Position numbers and translations under genes: made by a program | IMG/VR virus record: IMGVR_UViG_3300032240_003128 | From: a virus | Reading direction: 5' to 3' (one strand) | Length of the DNA stretch: 64,000 nucleotides | Notes under the pieces: generated by a model | What the model was told of the DNA's origin: nothing | What the model saw: the letters and a program-made list of their open reading frames with translations, nothing else | The model's database searches: none | Shown here: in pieces, positions 42,975 through 51,720 of the stretch | Layout: the number at the start of each line of letters is the position of its first letter | Numbering within the stretch: the stretch's first letter is position 1

Positions 42975-45308
42975 ATGGCAACTTTACGAGGCTTTCCTGC
43001 AAGCAACACAATCAGCCCTTCTGTGAGAATCACAGAAAATGATTTGACTTTTATTAGTCCAACTACAAGCTTCCATAAGGTTGCTTTGGTTGGTTTTGCT
43101 AGCAAAGGACCAATCAACACACCAACTAGTGTTACAACTTTGACTGATCTTGTTACAAAGTTTGGCAATCCACACCCTGATACAAGTGATCCTTATTTGA
43201 TCTATGCGGCACAACAAGTTCTCAGGGTTTCAAGCGAAATAATAATTACAAGAGTAGCAGATGTTGATCCAACTAGTAACACAAGTGCTACTTCTGCATC
43301 AGTGGATGTTCCATCTGCTGGCGGCATTGTTGACATCATCGGAAGCATTGTTGGTCCTTATATTTTCGCAGATGACTATTACTTCAGTTGGAAACTTAAC
43401 GGCATTCTTGCCAGCAAAATTCTTACAGTTCCTGCTGATAGCTACACATTAACTGAACTCGTCGATCTTTTGAATCTTCAGTTGAATCCTTCAATTGATG
43501 GTATTGAATTCTACGAAACAGGAAGCAGCACTTTAGGGCTTCGTTCTGTTTGGGCTTATGGCACTGCCGCTTCAATTGAATTGGTATCACACCAAGACTC
43601 AATTTACGGTGGAGTAAGCAGCATCGTAGGTCTTGGTACAGCTATGACCCAAGCAATCTTGACTGGCACTGAAGATCATTATCCTCTCGATGCTTATACT
43701 TCAGCTGGTACTTGGAACTTTGCAGGAATCGGTTCAGACGTTCTTGCCACTGCTATTCAGGTAGTTGTTAGCGGCACAGGAAACGTAAATATCGATGACG
43801 TAGTCCAAGTAATCGACTTGTCAGCACTTGCTGGTGCATCTTGGACGACTGCTCAAGTTGTAACCGAAATTCAAACTCAACTAGCTTCTCTTCCCGGTGG
43901 CTTTTATGTTGATGATGATGGCGCAGATCATTTAGTTTTCAACACCTTAACTTATGGCGTAGGAAGCAAATTGCTTGTGAAGTCAGAAAGTACAATGGAT
44001 GTTGTTTTCGGTTTAAGCAATCTAACCGCATCAGGCTTGTCACCTATCAGAATTTCAGGTGGTGGTCTAACTGAAGAAGGTGGTAAAGTAACTGGTAGTT
44101 CTAATGGTGCTAGCAATATTAGCTTTACTATATTTGCAGATAGCCCCGGCATTGAAGGCAATGCAACAAGAGTTGTAATTGTAACAAGCCCTTATGACGG
44201 AACTTTCCAGATTCAAGTTTACAACAATGGGCAGCAAGTTGAAGCTTGGGGTAATCTTACCAAGAATCAATTTTCCTCTTTCTATGTTGAGTCTTACATC
44301 AACACTGTCAGCAATTACATCAAGGTTACTGACAATACAGCAATTCCCGCTCCTCCTGCCAACACTGGAACAACTGGATTGTTATTGACAGGCGGAACTG
44401 ACGGCATTCCTGTTGATCCTGATGCTCAAGATGACTTGATTATTGGAAATCCAACTGCTGGTACAGGTCTTTATACCTTCTCAGAACCAGAACAGGTTGA
44501 TGTTGATTTAGTGGCAACACCCGGCAGAAGCTCAACAGCTGTTGTAAGAGCTTTGATTGACGTTTGTGAAACTTATCGTCAAGACGCATTGGCAATTATT
44601 GATCCTCCATTCGGTTTGACTGTCAATGAAATCATTGATTGGCAGAATGGTGTTCATCCTCTCAACAACACTAGACTTGATACAGACTTTGCTGCTCTGT
44701 ATTACCCTTGGGTTGAAATGACTGATGTGTTCAATAACATAGCAGTTTGGGTTCCTCCTTCCGGTTCAGTTCTTGGTGCTATTTGCCAAAGTGATGCAGT
44801 GTCTGGTCCTTGGTACGCTCCAGCTGGCTTAACCAGAGGTCTTGTTCCAAATGTTAACAATGTGTTCAGCAGACCAACTTTGATTGAACGTGATTTAATG
44901 TATGGTAATAACAATGCTATCAATCCAATTATCACTTATCCAGATATTTCTGGATTCGTAATTTGGGGTCAGAAAACTCTTCAAAGAACTCCAACTGCAC
45001 TTGATAGAGTCAATGTTCGTAGAATGTTGTTCTATGTCGAGAAGTCAATCAAGAGCATTGCAAAACAATATTTGTTTGAACCAAACAACGCTGCAACAAG
45101 ATCTTCTTTTGTTACAGCTTGCTCTCAGGTTCTCACAAGACTTGTTGCTAACAATGGCGCACAGGATTTCGTTATCAAGTGCGACGAAGAATTAAATACA
45201 TCAGACGTAATATCAAGAAATGAACTAAGAGCAAGAATTGGCATTGTGCCTGTTTACGCCATCGAATTTATATTTATTGAATTCAACTTGGTGAGAACCT
45301 TAGCATAA
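42975..45308 (+). CDS. gp18: Contractile tail sheath protein
   Basis: SPSVRITENDLT; GFASKGPINTP; AALYYPW; VPPSG; PWYAPAGLTRG; WGQKTLQ; LDRVNVRR. Confidence 0.95.
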   Translation: MATLRGFPASNTISPSVRITENDLTFISPTTSFHKVALVGFASKGPINTPTSVTTLTDLVTKFGNPHPDTSDPYLIYAAQQVLRVSSEIIITRVADVDPTSNTSATSASVDVPSAGGIVDIIGSIVGPYIFADDYYFSWKLNGILASKILTVPADSYTLTELVDLLNLQLNPSIDGIEFYETGSSTLGLRSVWAYGTAASIELVSHQDSIYGGVSSIVGLGTAMTQAILTGTEDHYPLDAYTSAGTWNFAGIGSDVLATAIQVVVSGTGNVNIDDVVQVIDLSALAGASWTTAQVVTEIQTQLASLPGGFYVDDDGADHLVFNTLTYGVGSKLLVKSESTMDVVFGLSNLTASGLSPIRISGGGLTEEGGKVTGSSNGASNISFTIFADSPGIEGNATRVVIVTSPYDGTFQIQVYNNGQQVEAWGNLTKNQFSSFYVESYINTVSNYIKVTDNTAIPAPPANTGTTGLLLTGGTDGIPVDPDAQDDLIIGNPTAGTGLYTFSEPEQVDVDLVATPGRSSTAVVRALIDVCETYRQDALAIIDPPFGLTVNEIIDWQNGVHPLNNTRLDTDFAALYYPWVEMTDVFNNIAVWVPPSGSVLGAICQSDAVSGPWYAPAGLTRGLVPNVNNVFSRPTLIERDLMYGNNNAINPIITYPDISGFVIWGQKTLQRTPTALDRVNVRRMLFYVEKSIKSIAKQYLFEPNNAATRSSFVTACSQVLTRLVANNGAQDFVIKCDEELNTSDVISRNELRARIGIVPVYAIEFIFIEFNLVRTLA

Positions 45309-45335
45309 TAATAAAAATATTAATACAAGGGAGGA

Positions 45336-45998
45336 TTGATGGCTAGTACAGTTAATAATATGGGGATTGGACCACTGGGCAATGTAGCCTTTAAGCGTAA
45401 ATATCGCTGGTTGTTTTCTGTAGAAAACATTGGCGGCGGTGGTTCAAACAGCTTTGGTGTTTCTGGTAAGTATGTAAAAGCAGGTAACAGACCAAATCTT
45501 GAAATTGATGATGGCACAGAAATCAATTTCTTGAATGGAAAGACTTGGTTGCCCGGTAAAGCCACTTTCCAAAGCATAGAATTTACATATTATGATGTGG
45601 CAGTTCCCGGAGATGTAACAGTCACTAATCTTCTAAGATGGGTTAACAGAGTTTATAACTTTGCTTCACCAGCTAGCGGTGTAGCTAATTCAACTGAAAT
45701 TGCAGCAACTCAAAGAAGTTACGCAGTAGATCCAACTGGTGCTGGTAATGGCTACGCAGGAACTGGAAAACTACTTCTTCTCGACGGTTGCGGTTATGTT
45801 CTTGAAACGTGGACTTTAGTTAACTGCTGGCCCCAAAGTATAAACTTCGGGGACTTGAGCTACTCTGAGTCTGCCGAATGTGATATTGCAGTAACTCTTA
45901 GATATTCTTATGCTAAATACGAAAGCAATTGCGCACCACTTGCTGGAGAAATTTGCAGCATACCTGTTTGCGGCTCTGCTGTAGGAGCAAACTTCTAA
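45336..45998 (+). CDS. gp19: Tail tube protein 1 (gp19-like)
   Basis: KRKYRW; RPNLEI; WLPGK; ETWTLVNCWPQSINFGDLSY; VTLRY. Confidence 0.85.
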   Translation: MMASTVNNMGIGPLGNVAFKRKYRWLFSVENIGGGGSNSFGVSGKYVKAGNRPNLEIDDGTEINFLNGKTWLPGKATFQSIEFTYYDVAVPGDVTVTNLLRWVNRVYNFASPASGVANSTEIAATQRSYAVDPTGAGNGYAGTGKLLLLDGCGYVLETWTLVNCWPQSINFGDLSYSESAECDIAVTLRYSYAKYESNCAPLAGEICSIPVCGSAVGANF

Positions 45999-46009
45999 GG
46001 ATAATAATT

Positions 46010-46591
46010 ATGCCTAATATGGGTATTGGTTTTGCCTCTTCTGTAGTATTCAAGAGGCAAAACCGGTTTATCATGCACATACCAGACGTTACGCATGTTG
46101 GTAATAGTTCTGTTAGAATTTATAACAAAGTATTACTAGAAGAAAAATCTGCTAGACCAAAGCTTTCTTATAAAGAAATTGAAGTAAATCATGTTATAGA
46201 GACTATAAGATTTGCTGGTAGACCTGAGTGGGACAATTTACAAGTTAGCTTATATGATGTTGCGCAATCAAATCCTGCTTGGGGATGGATTACATCTAAT
46301 TATTATTTAAGAAAAATGGGAAATAGTAATCAGGTTGGTATTGGTTATTTGGGTGGTGCTAGCGGTAATTTCAAAAGAAATGTTCAAATATTTATGCTAG
46401 ATGGTTGTGGATATGCAATAGAAGCTTGGAATTACGTTAATGCTTATCCTGTTGCTGTTGACTGGGGTGAAGTTAGCATGGGCTCAAGCGATGCTATGAG
46501 GATTAACATGACTTTAAGATATGATAGAGCTTATTGGGAAGCATGTAGCAGAAATATAATTTCTATTGCATCCCAATATATGATTCCTTAA
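46010..46591 (+). CDS. Tail tube protein 2 (gp19/gp54-like paralog)
   Basis: KRQNRF; ARPKLS; FAGRPEW; LDGCG..IEAW...AYPVAVDWG; MTLRYD. Likely start ATG 46010. Confidence 0.8.
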   Translation: MPNMGIGFASSVVFKRQNRFIMHIPDVTHVGNSSVRIYNKVLLEEKSARPKLSYKEIEVNHVIETIRFAGRPEWDNLQVSLYDVAQSNPAWGWITSNYYLRKMGNSNQVGIGYLGGASGNFKRNVQIFMLDGCGYAIEAWNYVNAYPVAVDWGEVSMGSSDAMRINMTLRYDRAYWEACSRNIISIASQYMIP

Positions 46592-46857
46592 TCACTTTCC
46601 TTTAAAGCCTGATATTCATCTTTGTCTAAAAATTGATCAACTTCAAGAACTTTTCTGCATTCTTCAAGGAATGTTTCTAGTTCTTTGTTTTTCATATCTA
46701 GAATGCGACAAGCACCAGACTTATTCAATCTGCCTTTTTTTGTATAAACAAGGTTTTCGTTTGAAAGTAAGAGATTGATTTTTTCTTTGAGGTAACTGTT
46801 TTCGAGAATATTTAAAAGTTCATTACTTTCAATGCCTTCGAGAAATCTATTCTTCAT
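46588..46857 (-). CDS. Small HTH-like protein
   Basis: GRLNKSGACRILDMKNKELE; GAGGAG SD. Confidence 0.55.
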   Translation of the reverse strand: MKNRFLEGIESNELLNILENSYLKEKINLLLSNENLVYTKKGRLNKSGACRILDMKNKELETFLEECRKVLEVDQFLDKDEYQALKESD

Positions 46858-47010
46858 ACTAAGCTCCTCGGAACAAAAACATCAAAACAATAAAATTGCC
46901 AATAGCCAATCGATAAAATTGATTATTGGGCATTCACACTAACATAGCGTGAATGCTTAAAAAATATTATTATAACTTCACTGTAATGATAACGTAAATG
47001 AAAATTTAAA

Positions 47011-47499
47011 TCAAATTCTTTTTATAGGCATTTCTTTGCTTATCTTTGTGTAACAAAAATCTTGATATCTCTTCTTCAATTCTTCGAAGTTTTTGTTTGT
47101 TCTGTATATTTGTCTTAAATGATGAATGAGGCAAGTGGTTAAAAAATTAAATGCTTTGCTGCCTCTACTTGGATCAAAACGCTCTATCTTCGCAAAACAA
47201 ATAAATACACCTTCTTGGACGGCATCATCATAATCTATTTTTTGGAAATTTCTAAATCTTACAATATTCTCAGCCAATGTGAAAAATTCTTTTGCCAGAT
47301 TGTCTTGACTTTGTTTTAAGATTTTTTCGTTTTCAATATTTTTTTCTTCACTGATTTTTAGCGTAGGGGTTTCCACATTTTGCTTATGAGCTTCGTAATC
47401 TTGCTTAAGCAGTTCATATTTTTTTTTAAACTTTTTAGCTTGCTGAAAGTCGATAATATTTTTTTCTAAATATTTATTATCAAGATAATGATTACTCAT
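47011..47499 (-). CDS. gp55: Late-transcription sigma factor, T4 gp55-like
   Basis: HYLDNKYL; LAENIVRFRNF; DDAVQEGVFICFAKIERFDPSRGSKAFNFLTT; short, with no region 4. Confidence 0.75.
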   Translation of the reverse strand: MSNHYLDNKYLEKNIIDFQQAKKFKKKYELLKQDYEAHKQNVETPTLKISEEKNIENEKILKQSQDNLAKEFFTLAENIVRFRNFQKIDYDDAVQEGVFICFAKIERFDPSRGSKAFNFLTTCLIHHLRQIYRTNKNFEELKKRYQDFCYTKISKEMPIKRI

Positions 47500-47513
47500 A
47501 TTATCAATATAGT

Positions 47514-48287
47514 ATGAGTGTTATCAAAATAAATTGCGCAATAATTGTCGATTCTTTGAAAGAACAAGAACAATGTTTAGTTAAATTCAATGATATTGAA
47601 AATAAAAATTTTTTTACATTTGATAAAAACATTAAAAATTTAAATTTGTTAAAAAGCAAAAAGAATTTTTTTGCAGAATTAGAATTATTTTACAATAAAA
47701 GTTATTTTTTTGTTCTTCATCCAGATGAAGAAATTGCGTTGTGGGATGAGGAAGAATCGTTTAAATCTCATTACAATCTAATTGTAGACAAATGGATCAT
47801 CAAATCGAAAAGAAGTAATTCTAAGTCAAATGAAATATCCAAGATATTTGTTAAAAGTTCATTTAAAAATATAAAAAAATTCAATGATGATTGGTGTCAT
47901 GTATATTCTGATAAAGGTTTGTTTTTACCGAAATTGGAGGAATACATTTTTGTTAATGATCCAGCTCCGAATGAATTGTTTTTAGTATATCAGTATGTGT
48001 ATGAAAAATTAAAAAATAATAATCACACATCAGATTTAAATGAATTTATTCAGTCGATGGTAAAGAAGTATCCAACATTTGTTGAACTGACAAATCTGTG
48101 GGGTGATTATTTGTATGAATTGAATTTGTTTTCAAGTGCTAAAAACTGTTATGAAAATGCAATAAAAATGGCTGAGAGTAGAAAAATATACGATTTTCTA
48201 CCGATGATTCCTAGTATGCATAAAAATCATCCTGAAAAAATGTTAGCCAATATAAACAATATATTGGCTAAATATGATGTTAATTAA
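47514..48287 (+). CDS. Hypothetical protein with C-terminal TPR
   Basis: ELTNLWGDYLYELNLFSSAKNCYENAI; LHPDEE may be a GT2 remnant. Confidence 0.55.
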   Translation: MSVIKINCAIIVDSLKEQEQCLVKFNDIENKNFFTFDKNIKNLNLLKSKKNFFAELELFYNKSYFFVLHPDEEIALWDEEESFKSHYNLIVDKWIIKSKRSNSKSNEISKIFVKSSFKNIKKFNDDWCHVYSDKGLFLPKLEEYIFVNDPAPNELFLVYQYVYEKLKNNNHTSDLNEFIQSMVKKYPTFVELTNLWGDYLYELNLFSSAKNCYENAIKMAESRKIYDFLPMIPSMHKNHPEKMLANINNILAKYDVN

Positions 48288-48688
48288 AACAAATTGTCAA
48301 GTTCATTTACGATCACAGTAACTTGGTCTTCGTACCTTGACATTGTAACTTGCTTTCTTCCTGCTGGTAATTTTTTCATTTCTTTTTCAAGATCGCCAAT
48401 TGAACAGTTAATGACATACCAATTATTTTTAGCTAATCTTTCAATTTCTTCTTCTTGAGACATGACTTCTTTATTTGGAAAATAAGTAAGTACTTGCTCT
48501 TTAGCTTCTTTCATGATTTTTTTGTACAGAGGAACATTGCAAGAACAGCTTGGATTATTGATGAATTTTTGAACATCAGGCGTGAGTGATTCTGGCAAAG
48601 TAGAACGAAATTTTTCGTCCTTCATTGCTGTTTTGATATCCATCAAAGAAACATAATTCTTAATTTTTTGTTTGTTCTGGTCGCTCAT
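48284..48688 (-). CDS. Hypothetical protein (NPSCSCN motif)
   Basis: Intact ORF in a co-oriented overlapping cluster. Confidence 0.65.
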   Translation of the reverse strand: MSDQNKQKIKNYVSLMDIKTAMKDEKFRSTLPESLTPDVQKFINNPSCSCNVPLYKKIMKEAKEQVLTYFPNKEVMSQEEEIERLAKNNWYVINCSIGDLEKEMKKLPAGRKQVTMSRYEDQVTVIVNELDNLF

Positions 48689-48923
48689 ATTTCCTTACCC
48701 TCAAAGCATGCCCACAAGATCTACATCTATAAAGAGTCAACTGCTTTTTAATTTTTTCTTTTTCGTCATCTTTTTTGATAGCATTCTGGATGTCAGACCT
48801 TTTTATCTGAAATAAATTCTCTAAATCTTTTTCAAGATATTTCTTGCCACAATTATCACAAATTATTTGTGTTTCAGTCTGATATGACACTGTTAGCTTC
48901 CAAGTAGGTTTGAAAGAACGCAA
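48660..48923 (-). CDS. Zinc-ribbon protein (start uncertain)
   Basis: CDNC...CRSC. Confidence 0.6.
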   Translation of the reverse strand: MRSFKPTWKLTVSYQTETQIICDNCGKKYLEKDLENLFQIKRSDIQNAIKKDDEKEKIKKQLTLYRCRSCGHALRVRKYERPEQTKN

Positions 48924-49188
48924 AGAATGTTGCTAAAAAGCTAGTTGCGCATCCGCCTAAAAATATGTAATGCAGTTTGTTAAATCCCCATTCATTAAAA
49001 ATTAACAAAAGTGTTGTTGTGAATGCTCCAGCCCAAAAACCTGTGCATTGGTAGCAATTGAGTCCTTTCATGATGAACTCAGGCAAGTATGGTTTTATTT
49101 TATCTTTTACGACTTTAGCGATATCGGATTCGACAATAATGTTTGTCATGCCGATAGATCCAAGTGTCCAAACAATAATCTCAAACAT
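48874..49188 (-). CDS. DUF1360-like membrane protein
   Basis: LNCYQCTGFWAG between hydrophobic helices; GAGG SD before ATG 49188. Confidence 0.65.
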   Translation of the reverse strand: MFEIIVWTLGSIGMTNIIVESDIAKVVKDKIKPYLPEFIMKGLNCYQCTGFWAGAFTTTLLLIFNEWGFNKLHYIFLGGCATSFLATFFAFFQTYLEANSVISD

Positions 49189-49190
49189 AA

Positions 49191-49559
49191 TCACCTCGTT
49201 GAAAGTAATACAGAAACTTTGTTGCCTTTTCTGTAAACGCACAAATCAGCCACATTAATATTAAGAGGTAATTGTAATTCAAAATCATCAATTGTCCCAA
49301 CAATATTTTTAAAAGAATTTAATTCTATTTTCATCATGTCAATTGGAGACTTAAATATTTCCGATATTTTTTCAACTTCTTTGTCTGTTATGTTGTTGAG
49401 AAAATCTACAACTGATCGTATTCCCAAGCTTCTCATTTGAGGTATTTTTTGTGATAATGCCCAAGAATCAAAAAGATGTTTATGTCTTGGTAAAGACTCT
49501 CTAATCAGTTGATTCTGAAATAATAGTTCTGCTGCATTGTGAAATCCAATTTGTATCAT
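49191..49559 (-). CDS. Hypothetical protein
   Basis: AGGAG SD; CTATATT upstream. Confidence 0.6.
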   Translation of the reverse strand: MIQIGFHNAAELLFQNQLIRESLPRHKHLFDSWALSQKIPQMRSLGIRSVVDFLNNITDKEVEKISEIFKSPIDMMKIELNSFKNIVGTIDDFELQLPLNINVADLCVYRKGNKVSVLLSTR

Positions 49560-49637
49560 AAAAAATCTCCTATTATAATATAGTTTTTAATAAATATCAC
49601 TAAATTAAAAATAAGATTAATGAATAAGGGGAAAATA

Positions 49638-50738
49638 ATGGCTGATGAAATTTATAGACCACAAAGACCAAACACACCTAACGGATTTGGCGGCAACAAT
49701 CCTGTTAATTTGCCAAAAGAACAACAGATGGATTTACCGGAAAATCATCCTTTAAGACAGCAAATGCCGCCACAAGGGCAACCCCAAGGACTACCACCAG
49801 AGTTTAATAATTTTCCCGCTGGAGCAATCACAGGTAATATTCCTCCTCAATTCAGATCTCAACTTAGTGGTGATACTTCTGGTTTTGCGCCAATGCCTAA
49901 GTCGCAAATGGACGTTTCGACTGCAATGGTGATGATGAATGCAAATCCTGAGCTTAATGCTATCTTGAATGCGTTAAAGCAAAATAGCATTAACTACGAA
50001 GAAGTAATGCTTCCTAGTAGGGGAAAGTTTTATGATGGGACAGATGGACCAACGAATGGAATAATTCACATTAGACCGATGACTGGTGAAGAAGAGCAAA
50101 TTCTTGCAACACCTAGATTTGTGAAAAAGAACACTGCTATTAATATGATTTTTAGCAAGTGTATCAGAGAAGATATTAAACCAGAAAATCTTCTTTCACA
50201 GGATAGAACATTTCTTTTGATTTATCTTCGTGGTATTAGCTATGGAACTGATTATGACATTCAAATTAAATGTCCAGAAACAGAAAGGCAATTTGCAACA
50301 ACTGTTGATTTAGACACTTTGGAAATCATTAGATGTCCTGATAATTTTGGACCAAACAATTTGAATGGTGTTTTGCCAAAAAGTAAATATAAATTTAGTT
50401 ATAGGTTTGGAAGAGGCAAAGATGAAACTGATTTGCAACAATACAGAGAATCAAAAATAAAAGCATTTAGTGAAACGGCGCTAGATGACACAATGACATT
50501 TAGACTTGCGCTTTTGCTAAATAGTGTTGAAACAATAACAGATAAAGAAGAATTGAAAGTATTAATCAGAAATTTGTCTATTCAAGATGTAAATTACATG
50601 AGAAATGTTATCAATGATCCTCCATTTGGAATGGAAACAAATATTACGGTGCTATCTCCTTATTCAAACGAGGACTTTGAAATAGAATTGCCACTTGATT
50701 CAGGTTTTTTCTTCCCAAAGAGCAAGAAGGCGAATTAA
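49638..50738 (+). CDS. gp26: Baseplate hub assembly protein, T4 gp26-like, with Pro/Gln-rich N-terminus
   Basis: LPSRGKFY; IRPMTGEEEQILAT; DRTFLLIYLRGISYG..Y...KCP; ends LPLDSGFFFP. Confidence 0.75.
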   Translation: MADEIYRPQRPNTPNGFGGNNPVNLPKEQQMDLPENHPLRQQMPPQGQPQGLPPEFNNFPAGAITGNIPPQFRSQLSGDTSGFAPMPKSQMDVSTAMVMMNANPELNAILNALKQNSINYEEVMLPSRGKFYDGTDGPTNGIIHIRPMTGEEEQILATPRFVKKNTAINMIFSKCIREDIKPENLLSQDRTFLLIYLRGISYGTDYDIQIKCPETERQFATTVDLDTLEIIRCPDNFGPNNLNGVLPKSKYKFSYRFGRGKDETDLQQYRESKIKAFSETALDDTMTFRLALLLNSVETITDKEELKVLIRNLSIQDVNYMRNVINDPPFGMETNITVLSPYSNEDFEIELPLDSGFFFPKSKKAN

Positions 50739-50929
50739 GTCCGAGCCTGAAGTTATGGCAAGCGTTGATGGATGAAATGTTTTTCTTTCTCTATCATCTG
50801 CGTGTTCAAAAACAAGACTTTATGCAATTTACAATTGCTGAAAGAAAATATTTGATTGATAAGTTTGTGGAGCAGAAGACAAAAGAAAAAGAGGAATACG
50901 ATAAAGCTTTCAAAGGTGGTAGGAAATAA
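50705..50929 (+). CDS. gp51-like hub/tail assembly chaperone extension, probably reached by -1 frameshift (not in the ORF track)
   Basis: The -1 frame reads LPKEQEGELSPSLKLWQALMDEMFFFLYHLRVQKQDFMQFTIAERKYLIDKFVEQKTKE...GGRK* and ends 2 nt before the next ATG. Confidence 0.7.
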   Translation, partial: FFLPKEQEGELSPSLKLWQALMDEMFFFLYHLRVQKQDFMQFTIAERKYLIDKFVEQKTKEKEEYDKAFKGGRK

Positions 50930-50931
50930 AA

Positions 50932-51669
50932 ATGGCAACAAAAGAAAGATATCAGAATCCAGTTCCAAACGACACAGTTGTGTTGCGATTGTTTGTTTAC
51001 AACCAGAACTCTTTTTCTAATGTGCAATCAATAGAAAAAGTAGAAATTTATAAAATGCCTGATGATGCATCAATTAACGATGTATCTAAAGGAACGCTTT
51101 TTCGAACAATAAGTCCTCCTGATATTAAGCAAGATGATACTGGAAAGTATTATGTTGATTTAGTTGCAGACTATCCTTTATTCACTGTTGGCAAGTATGT
51201 AGATATTTGGCATGTTGTGTTTGCTTCAGAAGAAGGCACAAACCAAATCATCAATACTTTTAATCTTTATGCAGATCTTTGGTATACAACGCCAATACCA
51301 GTTGTTTATGATTTTAGTTTCGTGTTTCGTCCCAATAGATTCAGAAAAGGATCAAAGCAATATATTATTTGCCAGATAACGCCTAATGTTCCAAGGGGAA
51401 CAGATCTTGGTCGATATTATGAAAACCTAATTATCAATTCGAATGTCATGATAAGCATGGAATTGACTTGTGGTGATTGTGTGCCAGCAGAACAAGATCT
51501 TAGGCTTGTTTTAGACCAAGCTCCAACTGACTATAGAGAAAAGAACTACGCATATTATTTGCTTGATACGACTGAATTGGAAGTTGGTATTTACAATGTT
51601 TGGTTCACCATGGAGATGGGTGAAAACACATTCATTTCTGATCGAATGAATCTACAAATCTTTAATTGA
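50932..51669 (+). CDS. Probable virion structural protein (two Ig-like beta domains)
   Basis: Beta-rich, TGKYYVD/GKYVDIW and LDTTEL..GIYNVWF motifs; AGGA SD. Confidence 0.5.
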   Translation: MATKERYQNPVPNDTVVLRLFVYNQNSFSNVQSIEKVEIYKMPDDASINDVSKGTLFRTISPPDIKQDDTGKYYVDLVADYPLFTVGKYVDIWHVVFASEEGTNQIINTFNLYADLWYTTPIPVVYDFSFVFRPNRFRKGSKQYIICQITPNVPRGTDLGRYYENLIINSNVMISMELTCGDCVPAEQDLRLVLDQAPTDYREKNYAYYLLDTTELEVGIYNVWFTMEMGENTFISDRMNLQIFN

Positions 51670-51694
51670 CAACCTTTTTCAACATCATTATGAT
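51666..51694 (+). promoter_or_regulatory. Sigma70-type early promoter
   Basis: TTGACA-N17-TATGAT followed by AAGGAGG SD before 51721. Confidence 0.8.
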
Positions 51695-51720
51695 GATGAC
51701 ATCCAATCAAGGAGGTTGTC

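Noticed and set aside
42975-51669. Bacterial contractile injection system or tailocin rather than a phage
   Set aside because: Neck proteins, late sigma factor, primase, gp46/47 and RNR indicate a replicating T4-like phage.
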